The position numbers and the translations under genes are program-made. A stretch of DNA of 64,000 nt, from sequence record NC_101835.1, one strand, 5' to 3'. Of this stretch, positions 27,159 through 35,418 are shown piece after piece. The notes under the pieces are model-generated. The model searched no databases. It saw only the letters and a program-made list of their open reading frames with translations, and was not told the DNA's origin. Source of the stretch: a phage. Each line of letters begins with the position of its first letter. Positions within the stretch are counted from its first letter, which is position 1.

Positions 27159-28385
27159 TCAGAAAGGGATCGAGTCATCAAAGGCGTACTGTGCTGGATT
27201 CTGATCCATCGGGTCATCTTCCTCATCATTTACAGGAGGAGCGTCTACAGTGTTTTGCTGTGGAGCTGCTTCCTGTTTGGCAGCCTGAGGTTCTTGATGG
27301 TCAGTTGACCCAGCACCGTTCTTGATCCAATCGTACAACGGCTCAGCCAGATTAGTCAAGACATCTTTTGCTTCTGCAGTAATTGCCACTGCAAAATCAT
27401 CAACTTTCGTTTTCTTGTCAATACGGCGACAAGCGTTCAACACCGCATTACCGACACTGGCACCTACTTCATCTTCAGTTCGGTTGGTGGCTTGAGCATA
27501 CTCTTTCTTAAGCTCAATAGTGACTACGTGTAGTGTTTTAGCCACTCCTAATGGGTCGTCTACCTTAAACCCGCGATCCAGGATGATCTGCAACGCATTG
27601 ATGCTATGCCCCGTTTCCACACCGATAGGGTCGTAAGAGGATTTACGCTTGCCACCGGAGCCTTGAGTGCCGTTCTCTGCCTTAGGAGGATAGGCCTTGA
27701 AACCACTGATAATGTTTCCAGTGTCTTTGTCAACAATGGCTGCAACACGACCACCTACCACCAGGTCTTTAAGCTGCTCATCAGTGACAACCATAGCACC
27801 TTCGCCAATCTTGTGGTCATTAACAGTAACCACGTTGCCAACAATCTGAGTCACATCACCATAGATGCGTAAAACGTCCTGATTGGCATTCTGCTGAGGT
27901 TTCTGCTTCTGGCCTTGTGATTGTGCACCTTGTTGCTGTTTTTGCTGCTGAGTCGCTGCTGGAGCCTCTCCTGCACCCAGCTTGACCATCTTAGCCAGTG
28001 AGCCTTTGTAATAGGTCTTACCGTTATGCTCGTTTGCCTTCAAAGGGATATTTACGATCCATCCTGGCGTTACGGTTTCCCACTTGTCATCAATTTTAAC
28101 AGAGACAGAGTCTTGATGACCCGGTTTAAGCAACTTATCGCCCATACTGATCCAAACTTCTTCACCACCTTGAAGCAGGTTATCAGAGGAATCCAGTTCA
28201 GAAATCAGTAAAGAGATGGTGTGGCTGGATTCAATTTTCTTACCTTGCCACACAGTGGTTTTAATACCTGTTGTAGGATCAGCACCTTTGATAGGCTTGA
28301 TGCTGACACGTTTAATCATGCCGTGAGCCAGTAAAACAGTTTCACGCGGATTCATCGGGTTAGCGAATTGTTGAATAACGCTCAT
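27159..28385 (-). CDS. putative ssDNA-binding protein with SSB-type acidic C-terminal tail
   Basis: C-terminus ..DDPMDQNPAQYAFDDSIPF resembles E. coli SSB tail DDDIPF; Q-rich linker; sits in the replication block. Confidence 0.5.
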   Translation of the reverse strand: MSVIQQFANPMNPRETVLLAHGMIKRVSIKPIKGADPTTGIKTTVWQGKKIESSHTISLLISELDSSDNLLQGGEEVWISMGDKLLKPGHQDSVSVKIDDKWETVTPGWIVNIPLKANEHNGKTYYKGSLAKMVKLGAGEAPAATQQQKQQQGAQSQGQKQKPQQNANQDVLRIYGDVTQIVGNVVTVNDHKIGEGAMVVTDEQLKDLVVGGRVAAIVDKDTGNIISGFKAYPPKAENGTQGSGGKRKSSYDPIGVETGHSINALQIILDRGFKVDDPLGVAKTLHVVTIELKKEYAQATNRTEDEVGASVGNAVLNACRRIDKKTKVDDFAVAITAEAKDVLTNLAEPLYDWIKNGAGSTDHQEPQAAKQEAAPQQNTVDAPPVNDEEDDPMDQNPAQYAFDDSIPF

Positions 28386-28750
28386 TATTTGTCTCCTTGT
28401 TCTTCGTTAGTGTTTGCCGTGTGTGCAAACCCTGCTTGAATTAATTTGTCCTGAACTTGAGCCAACAGGCCCATTGCAAAACTTGTAGTCCCAGAGAGGG
28501 CCATTAGCATATCTCGTTGTTGAGCTACCCAACCTAAGGCATAGTCCAAACGACGATATTTTTCTTCTTCACGCAGAGCCTGAAATAATTGTTCAGCCTC
28601 CGGTTGTTGTGTGAGCTCCTGAAGTCTTCCCATGAAAGAAGAAAGCACTAGCAGAAGAGACACTTGATCTTTACTTAACCCTAAGAAAAATTCTTGAGGT
28701 TGTTCTTGCTCGTTCATCGCAACCGACGCTTGATCGTTCATTTGTTCCAT
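28385..28750 (-). CDS. hypothetical protein
   Basis: GGAG RBS, ATGA coupling to SSB-like gene. Confidence 0.5.
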   Translation of the reverse strand: MEQMNDQASVAMNEQEQPQEFFLGLSKDQVSLLLVLSSFMGRLQELTQQPEAEQLFQALREEEKYRRLDYALGWVAQQRDMLMALSGTTSFAMGLLAQVQDKLIQAGFAHTANTNEEQGDK

Positions 28751-28833
28751 TATGGAATCTCCGATTTTATTTGAACAACATAGAAGGAGACACTATTTTA
28801 GCATCCCCTTCTGTAAATTACAATAGGTATTTG

Positions 28834-29079
28834 TTAGCCAATCACTTCGAAAGTTCCCCAATTCCCGTCCAGCAGGCAGGTGATCGGATCTCCATCGTCG
28901 TCAAAGATTTCAAAGTTTTCAGCATCCAGGATGTGGCCCTCGAACACAATACTCTCGTCGCCACCACCAGAAATAACAGCGTATTCCTTACCTTGAGTCA
29001 AGTTTTGACACCCTTTGCCACCAAAACCTACTTCCACACAACGTACTTTCTGTCCTGCGCGAGCAACTACTTCAGCCAT
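28834..29079 (-). CDS. hypothetical protein
   Basis: AGGAGA RBS. Confidence 0.5.
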   Translation of the reverse strand: MAEVVARAGQKVRCVEVGFGGKGCQNLTQGKEYAVISGGGDESIVFEGHILDAENFEIFDDDGDPITCLLDGNWGTFEVIG

Positions 29080-29096
29080 CTTAAGGTCTCCTGATA

Positions 29097-29398
29097 TTAA
29101 TCGTCAAGTTCAAAATAGATTTTAACAGCTTCATCAAAGATTGGAATCCCGACGTTGTTGATAAGCTGCCAAACTACCATATCTTTACCTGGATCTGGGA
29201 GAATGTCAACCTTTCTCCATGCGCTGTATATCCAGTTCGGACCACCTTCTGCACTAACTGGCAGATTTTCACCAGCTTCCTGTAGATACTTATACAGCAA
29301 AAGATATTCTGGATACTCTAGAACACTGTCCTCTGTAGTATATAGCAGTTCACGGTATACTTTTAAGAACCCTGCTGGGGTAATGTTTTCAGTCTTCA
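29097..29398 (-). CDS. hypothetical protein
   Basis: AGGAGAAGCGGCAA before ATG (MKTENI). Confidence 0.5.
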
Positions 29399-29778
29399 TT
29401 TGCCGCTTCTCCTGCATTCATCAGGTCTGCCATAGCGTCACCCACGAAGAGAACAACCACATCGTTGACAGCGTCAGCATCATCTTTGTTGACGTTGCTG
29501 AATTTAGGACACACAGCAATGATCATATAGACACCGTTACCAACCTGGACTGTCCGTGTGGTGCACATCATGGCGGTATTTGTGCCTTCTTTGAAGGCGA
29601 AGCCTTGAAGACGCTCCTCTAAAGTGTTACCGGTAGACTTCAGAAGCGCCAGCTCGTCCAAGGCATAGATGATATCTCCGGAAGTTAGTGTTGCCTTGCC
29701 ATCAGACACCATAATCACTCCATCAGTACCGTCAAGCTTAGAGGCTTCAAAGATATCAATATCCCAAATATTTTTCAT
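29389..29778 (-). CDS. hypothetical acidic protein
   Basis: GAGGAAGCG RBS. Confidence 0.5.
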   Translation of the reverse strand: MKNIWDIDIFEASKLDGTDGVIMVSDGKATLTSGDIIYALDELALLKSTGNTLEERLQGFAFKEGTNTAMMCTTRTVQVGNGVYMIIAVCPKFSNVNKDDADAVNDVVVLFVGDAMADLMNAGEAANED

Positions 29779-30050
29779 TACGCTTCCTCGTCGTCTAAGT
29801 AATCATCAAGAGAGGCGAAGATTTCACCGAAGTATTCTAAGATTTCTAGCTCACGTGTGGTGCAGCAAACATAATCGCCTTGGTCGTCCTTAATAGTGGC
29901 CTCTTTACCCAGAATATCTACTTCAAGTTCATCGTTCAACAGGACGGCCCCTGTGTAAACTTTGTCAGCTGTGCAGTCCCGAAAAGCAGAGTCCTTCTCC
30001 AGATAGTCTGGCTTAACCTTGGCTTTAATTCGTTGGTATTGTTTGGTCAT
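29778..30050 (-). CDS. hypothetical protein, tandem paralog pair (copy 2)
   Basis: AAAGGGGACCACAGCA before ATG (MTKQYQ); KPDYLEKDSAFRDCT / IKDDQGDYVCCTTRE matches 30114-30368. Confidence 0.5.
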   Translation of the reverse strand: MTKQYQRIKAKVKPDYLEKDSAFRDCTADKVYTGAVLLNDELEVDILGKEATIKDDQGDYVCCTTRELEILEYFGEIFASLDDYLDDEEA

Positions 30051-30071
30051 TGCTGTGGTCCCCTTTCGTTT

Positions 30072-30100
30072 TGATAGGGCCATTATATTAGGCCCTATCA
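30072..30100. repeat. perfect 10-bp-arm palindrome
   Basis: TGATAGGGCC-ATTATATTA-GGCCCTATCA between two paralogous genes; no flanking T-run. Confidence 0.5.
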
Positions 30101-30113
30101 CTGTTGTCAAGTA

Positions 30114-30368
30114 TTAATGTTCAGGTTTTACAAAAACGACTTCATTAACAGTGCACCAGACAGAGTCTCCTTCATCATCTTTAAAGGTAAGGCACTGTGC
30201 TGAGTTTTCCAGCTCATCGATCTCTTCTTGTGATAAAGGGGCCCCTTCTTCCAGAAGGGCTTTTACCAGAGGGTTCTCACAAAACTCTGCTTCATAAATT
30301 GCACCGACTGTGCAATCTTTAAAAGCTCGGTCATTTGCAACGCATTCTGGCTTCAAAGTAATTTTCAT
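30114..30368 (-). CDS. hypothetical protein, tandem paralog pair (copy 1)
   Basis: GAGGAGA RBS; KPECVANDRAFKDCT / FKDDEGDSVWCTVNE. Confidence 0.5.
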   Translation of the reverse strand: MKITLKPECVANDRAFKDCTVGAIYEAEFCENPLVKALLEEGAPLSQEEIDELENSAQCLTFKDDEGDSVWCTVNEVVFVKPEH

Positions 30369-30444
30369 CTTGGCAGTCTCCTCAGTTATTTAAAAATCAA
30401 CGCTCTGTTTGTGTGAAGCATCTTATATCTAATCTTACTTCTTG

Positions 30445-30816
30445 TCAATGGCTATTTTCAATCAGCCACACAGGGTCGAGGTAAATTTGTTGGCGTGTTG
30501 CCCAATGACAAACTTCATTGTACATCTGAATCTCTTTGTCTGTCAATTCACGAATAGGCTCATCTATACCCTCATTTTTGTGGTAATCCCAGTCGGCATC
30601 GATTTCCCACAGCCATGACTTGTTGTCACCACGCTTACGCACACAGAAGTCACCAGGACGGCCTGCCAATGCATTTAAGAACTCGTTCTCCGCTCGCTCT
30701 TGGAGAATACTAAGGAGCAAAACGTTAGAACATGACCGTAGAATATGCTTCAGCTCACAATCATCAATCTCAACTTCAATACGTTGTTTGACTGTGTGGG
30801 TACCTTTTACTAACAT
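30445..30816 (-). CDS. hypothetical protein
   Basis: GAGGAGGTAGG before ATG (MLVKGTH). Confidence 0.5.
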   Translation of the reverse strand: MLVKGTHTVKQRIEVEIDDCELKHILRSCSNVLLLSILQERAENEFLNALAGRPGDFCVRKRGDNKSWLWEIDADWDYHKNEGIDEPIRELTDKEIQMYNEVCHWATRQQIYLDPVWLIENSH

Positions 30817-30826
30817 CCTACCTCCT

Positions 30827-31021
30827 CTAAACGAACTCTGCAAGGGTTGTGTTGTTCACTGCACCGCAGTAAATGGAGTATCCCAGCCCATTAGAGTGCA
30901 GAAACCACGGCGTGCCGAAATTATCTTTCACGTAGACATCGCCGTTGCTTGTAAAGGGCCAATATTCTTCACCAAGGGTGAAATACCTACTCATACCCTC
31001 AGCCAGATACTTTACTTTCAT
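30827..31021 (-). CDS. hypothetical protein, tandem paralog trio
   Basis: GAAGAGGG RBS; shares ..KDNFGTPWFL.. motif with the next two genes. Confidence 0.5.
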   Translation of the reverse strand: MKVKYLAEGMSRYFTLGEEYWPFTSNGDVYVKDNFGTPWFLHSNGLGYSIYCGAVNNTTLAEFV

Positions 31022-31245
31022 AGGCCCTCTTCAACAGCTACAAACTTGGCAAGCAGGGTGGTTCCGTAGATATGATACTCACCGTTTGCCAGATGGGAGA
31101 TAAACCAGGAAATCCCTTCCTCGTCTTTAATCATCTTGTTTGCACGATTTTTATCGTAATAAACCTCGTAGGTCTTTCCTTCTTTAAAGAATGACAGGTC
31201 TGTCATCTTTTCTTCTACAAAAGTAGCTTTAACCAAAGTTGTCAT
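31018..31245 (-). CDS. hypothetical protein, tandem paralog trio
   Basis: AAGGAGA RBS; IKDEEGISWFISHLANGEYHIYGTTLLAKFV. Confidence 0.5.
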   Translation of the reverse strand: MTTLVKATFVEEKMTDLSFFKEGKTYEVYYDKNRANKMIKDEEGISWFISHLANGEYHIYGTTLLAKFVAVEEGL

Positions 31246-31526
31246 TGATCGGTCTCCTTCTTGTTAAGTCTGAATACTGCAATAATAGCATTCCCAAGGT
31301 GCAGTGTCAAATCATTTCCAAGATACCACAACATTCCACGGTCATCTTTAATGAAAGGGTAACAATCTGGTGCCTTCCAGACATTGTACACTTTCCCAAC
31401 CTGAAAGAAATCAGGCCCTGTTGGGATTTTGGTGCCAGGCCACACTTGGGATGCCTGAACACACTCCACCTGCATAATAACAGGGATAGTCATAGATGTA
31501 AATGTTTTTGTTGGTTCTACTACCAT
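31242..31526 (-). CDS. hypothetical protein, tandem paralog trio
   Basis: AGAGGAGAC before ATG (MVVEPTK); IKDDRGMLWYLGNDLTLHLGNAIIAVF. Confidence 0.45.
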   Translation of the reverse strand: MVVEPTKTFTSMTIPVIMQVECVQASQVWPGTKIPTGPDFFQVGKVYNVWKAPDCYPFIKDDRGMLWYLGNDLTLHLGNAIIAVFRLNKKETDQ

Positions 31527-31575
31527 AAAAGTCTCCTCTTTGCTCAACAACACTTCCATGTGTTGATAGTTTACA

Positions 31576-31929
31576 TTAGTGACAATCACCCCAATTACGA
31601 CCACACAAGTATTCACCTGTGATCTGGAACGGGACTCCCATCATTTTAGAAGCTTGCCAGAAGCAATGTACCACCATTTCGCCCACAGGACTCCAGATAA
31701 GTTCAAGCTTTCCGTCATCGTTCAAGATAGGATCGTACACCGTGTTTCCGTTTCTGTCAACCACTTCGTTTCCGTTTTCATCCTTGCGTGCCTTTTTGTA
31801 CTTATGACCGTCGAACACATGAAGTTTGGCCTCCTGCTCTGCCTTAAATGCTTCCAATTCTTCAATTGTGTCGAAGGTGTACACAGTCTTATACTTAGGT
31901 GTGTCAGGGACCTGAAGTTGGTACTCATC
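31576..31929 (-). CDS. DNA polymerase (family A), C-terminal segment / putative exon 2
   Basis: Begins DEYQLQV (completes HDE motif C with the upstream exon) and ends ..CGRNWGDCH, like the C-terminal His of T7 gp5 / Pol I; no SD before it. Confidence 0.6.
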   Translation of the reverse strand, partial: DEYQLQVPDTPKYKTVYTFDTIEELEAFKAEQEAKLHVFDGHKYKKARKDENGNEVVDRNGNTVYDPILNDDGKLELIWSPVGEMVVHCFWQASKMMGVPFQITGEYLCGRNWGDCH

Positions 31930-32205
31930 CAATAGTTCAGGTAGGTCGTTAAGCTACCCCGCACCATTACGTGCATAGCCATACGTTTTCACGTAGGATC
32001 GGACCATCTCATATTCCTATGATAAGCAACCACAGGAATCCTCCCATTTCGACCGCACTTGCTGGTCTACTTCCTTTCGGAATGGCCTCTGAGCGTTCGC
32101 TCTTTTGAGCGCTTCGTTGCGGATTACCTTGCCATAAGGTTTAGGCTTCCCGCAGTTAAAGAGGTTATTCGACATAGATTACTCTATGAAGCCACAATGT
32201 TATTT
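31930..32205 (-). other. putative group I self-splicing intron in DNA polymerase gene
   Basis: 276 nt between ..YYH and DE..; 5-prime exon ends in U, intron ends in G; GUGG near intron start can pair with exon CCAU; P-like AACUGCGGGAAGCC and Q-like AAUCCGCAACG; GAAA-capped hairpins. Confidence 0.5.
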
Positions 32206-34629
32206 ATGGTAATAAATAATACGACGAACACCTTCATCGTACCACCCACGCTTCACCATTTGGTGGTGCATAAGTATCCCAACCAAGTCACACAGCGATG
32301 CACCACCATTCTGTTGATATGCATTAAGTAAAGAGTGTTTAGATCGGGTCCAGATGGCATGACCATCAAAAGAGTAGATAAACTTCTTACCCGTTGCTTC
32401 CCAGAATTTCTCCAGATCCTCTTTACGGCCCTTAAGACCAGGGTTGGCATCCCAAAGCGCATCGATTACCCTTTGTCCCAACTCTGGAGAGATGTCCAGC
32501 ATATCTGCAACTTTATCTTTTTGTGCCCCGTACATAACCCCATACGTGATAGGTTTACCGTCGTTACGGGACACCTCTCTACCTGCTACTTTTGTATATG
32601 CCTCAGCATTGTTTTGGTGTGCGTCCCCGTTACTTACAACATCGTAATACAGGCCGTTGTCGAACTCAAAGGCACCCCAAGCCCCGATAAGCTGCTCTAA
32701 GTTGGACCCGTCAATACCGATCTCAAAGTATCCCGGAGGAACACCCCACAGACTACGCATCTCTTTACCCATAACCACTTTAGGAGATGGTTTAGGCATG
32801 TTTGCACAAATACTGTGTTTCTGTCTGGAAGTGTTTGTTAATCCAGAGCTTTTAGCAGGAAGCTTATGGTCAATCTTCAAACGTGGGTGATTAAGAAGAC
32901 CAGTGTCAACCTTATCCTCCTTGATTGGATCAAGTACCGATCTGCGGTTTCGCAATGATAACCATAAGACGATATCTTTAGCCATCTCTCCGTTCAATTT
33001 TTCAAGATTCGGACACAGGTGTCCAAACGTATCTTTCAGTTGCGGAGAAGTAATAAGTGCCCTAGCTTTTCTACGTATTTTCCCGAATACTTCCTTTTTA
33101 ATCCTTTCGGAGTTAGGAAAGCTTCGGAACTTGTGCACTGTTGTCTGAAACTTAGCATCAGTTTTGTTCCAGAAGTTGATAATTAGGTCACAATACTCTG
33201 ACTCTAAAAGCTCGTCCATGTATGCATATACTCGTGCATCAACATCTGCATCAGGTAGAGCTTTCTTCTTGCTGTCTTTAGTTACATCCTTAGTTCTCCA
33301 CATTGTCGGAAGCCAACCAGCACTGATCAGGTATCGCTTAATGTCGTCCTGATTGCTGATTTTCATAGGTATCTTGCAGTCAGGCATTCGCTTCTGCTGC
33401 AGATCGCTTATTGCCTGATCCATCAGCTCTTTAGGCAAAGGTTGTGGTGTGGAGGTGCCCTTAATATAACCTCTCAAGAAATCAGCCATCTTGTCGGGGT
33501 CTTTGCAGCCCATCTCTTCACACCATTTTATCCCCATCTTACTGACATCTCCTGTGGAGGTAAATGCTCTCTTAGGCGGGGCTTTGAACTCTAGAGCGCT
33601 CATGTCTACAGGATAGCCAAGCTTATCTTTTAACCATTTCCAACCATTATTAGAGATTGTCCCGTCTTGGTTAAACGGCTTTTCAGGGAACTTGGGCCGC
33701 TGAGACATTGACAGCTCTTTTAAAGGCAGTTGTGGTTCAACACGATCAGCGATTTCTTTCATCCACGCATCGCAACGGTCACGTAAAGCAATAGCTCCAT
33801 CTATGTCGAAGTATACACCCTGACGGGCCTGCAGCTCCATCAGGAAGTGCTGCAGCATGCCTCGACGTAATGCGTTCTTCCAGGTGATCTTCTTGAACCC
33901 TTTCGGCTTCTCTTTGGCAGGATCGTACATAAAGTTCTGCATGTCAGATTTGCCGTAGAATACACCTTTTGATTCCGCTACCAGTTCTTTCCAGAGCAGC
34001 TCCTGGATGATAACGTCCTCAAATACACGATCCACATACTTCCACAACGGAAGATCGCGCCAGTCATCAATTTGAACTTTCTGGTTACCAAGGGCATAGC
34101 CCCATGCCATAAGGCCGTGGGGACCAACAGGCTGCATTTTCTTAGTAACCGGGTTGAATACAGCGTCCGGACAACCTTTTGGTAAAGGGCGATCAGGCCA
34201 CAAGATTCGGCTCATCGCCAACGTATCAAACAGGTTAACCTGGTGGTCGTTGATAGTCCCCATGCATTTAGGATCACGGAACATATCAAAATGAATACCG
34301 GATAATCTTTCCATCAGCATAAAGTCATAACTGTAGCAGTTATGGCAGTTCAAAGCTGTTGGTGACCAGTCGGAATTGCCTGTAAGCCAACCTTCCAACT
34401 CCGAAAAATCTGCTATGCGAACTTCAAAACCTTTATAAAGAGTTTTCTTTGCCAGAATGAAGTTCTTAGCCTTTTCTATATCCTCCTCGGAGTAGTGTGT
34501 GCGGTCATTTAGAGGAAGGAACAGCATAAAACGGTTCTTATTCAGCTCTTTAAACAGGCCGCAGTGATAATAAAGATCTGGATCTTCCAAAAGCCCTGAG
34601 GCCTCCAGATCGAAGCACCAATTACTCAT
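32200..34629 (-). CDS. DNA polymerase (family A, T7 gp5-like), N-terminal 808 aa / putative exon 1
   Basis: N-terminal FDLEASGL..HCG exonuclease motif like T7 gp5; motif A region IGIDGSNLEQL; motif B KPITYGVMYGAQ; ORF stops at ..RIIYYHK, i.e. at motif C. Confidence 0.85.
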   Translation of the reverse strand: MSNWCFDLEASGLLEDPDLYYHCGLFKELNKNRFMLFLPLNDRTHYSEEDIEKAKNFILAKKTLYKGFEVRIADFSELEGWLTGNSDWSPTALNCHNCYSYDFMLMERLSGIHFDMFRDPKCMGTINDHQVNLFDTLAMSRILWPDRPLPKGCPDAVFNPVTKKMQPVGPHGLMAWGYALGNQKVQIDDWRDLPLWKYVDRVFEDVIIQELLWKELVAESKGVFYGKSDMQNFMYDPAKEKPKGFKKITWKNALRRGMLQHFLMELQARQGVYFDIDGAIALRDRCDAWMKEIADRVEPQLPLKELSMSQRPKFPEKPFNQDGTISNNGWKWLKDKLGYPVDMSALEFKAPPKRAFTSTGDVSKMGIKWCEEMGCKDPDKMADFLRGYIKGTSTPQPLPKELMDQAISDLQQKRMPDCKIPMKISNQDDIKRYLISAGWLPTMWRTKDVTKDSKKKALPDADVDARVYAYMDELLESEYCDLIINFWNKTDAKFQTTVHKFRSFPNSERIKKEVFGKIRRKARALITSPQLKDTFGHLCPNLEKLNGEMAKDIVLWLSLRNRRSVLDPIKEDKVDTGLLNHPRLKIDHKLPAKSSGLTNTSRQKHSICANMPKPSPKVVMGKEMRSLWGVPPGYFEIGIDGSNLEQLIGAWGAFEFDNGLYYDVVSNGDAHQNNAEAYTKVAGREVSRNDGKPITYGVMYGAQKDKVADMLDISPELGQRVIDALWDANPGLKGRKEDLEKFWEATGKKFIYSFDGHAIWTRSKHSLLNAYQQNGGASLCDLVGILMHHQMVKRGWYDEGVRRIIYYHK

Positions 34630-35360
34630 ACTGTCTCCTCCTGTGTCTTCTCAGCATTCTTTCTTGCAGCTATTGCATCGTCCCTGTTCTTGAAATACCC
34701 AAGGCATTTCCTTTTACCATCTACATAAATTCTGGCTACCCATCTTTCATGGGTTTTATCCCAATTCACCCCTGAGCAACCGCTGGTGTTATTATACTGC
34801 ACGGCTCTTCCACTCTTGTGCGAAAAACCATTATCTTCGAAGAACTTTCTTGCCCACTCTGCCTCTTCAAAAGTTCTGTACTGGCCTAGCCAGACCCTTT
34901 CACCTACAGAGTCTGTGCCTTGAGCTACCCATGCCCCTCTTTCTTCAGAATAGTGCACCCCGACCCTGCCAGATTTGTTGTTGCTACGAGGTATCTTGCA
35001 ACTTTTCTTTTTGTTATCTGTAGGTTCGAGTAGTTGCAAATTTTGAATACTGTTGTCAGCCACACCACCTGTTTCCCTTATCTCCTTGATGTGGTCAACC
35101 TCATACCCTTCCGGTACAGGACCGTTAAACATTTCCCAGATTATAACGTGGGCACCTTTAGTGCAATGCTTTCCTAGACTAACCACAGGCCTGCCATCAG
35201 CATCTTGCCCCTTGTCAGCTCTGGAGCCTGCTGAAGTTTTAACATATCCTACACCGCTGCCTGCCAGAATGTCTATCTTCCAAAAAAGATTTTGACCGTC
35301 ATACTCCAATATTTCTGACCACAAGTGATTAGCTACACAGTGATCTCTGAACTCGTTCAT
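34626..35360 (-). CDS. HNH homing endonuclease with two AP2 domains
   Basis: HNH core GYEVDHIKEIRETGGVADNSIQNLQLL..N; AP2-like repeats SGRVGVHYSEERGAWVAQ and SGCSGVNWDKTHERWVARIYVDGKRKCLGYF; stop overlaps polymerase start. Confidence 0.75.
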   Translation of the reverse strand: MNEFRDHCVANHLWSEILEYDGQNLFWKIDILAGSGVGYVKTSAGSRADKGQDADGRPVVSLGKHCTKGAHVIIWEMFNGPVPEGYEVDHIKEIRETGGVADNSIQNLQLLEPTDNKKKSCKIPRSNNKSGRVGVHYSEERGAWVAQGTDSVGERVWLGQYRTFEEAEWARKFFEDNGFSHKSGRAVQYNNTSGCSGVNWDKTHERWVARIYVDGKRKCLGYFKNRDDAIAARKNAEKTQEETV

Positions 35361-35418
35361 AAAGTGTTCTCCTTAAAGGGGAGGCGGTTGTACTACCCCT
35401 CCCACTCTTTGTTAAACA

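Noticed and set aside
32200-32205. Polymerase truly truncated at the in-frame stop (pseudogene or frameshift)
   Set aside because: The downstream ORF continues precisely with the missing motif C residues and the conserved C-terminal His, and the gap has intron-like elements; a simple frameshift would not need 276 nt of structured sequence.
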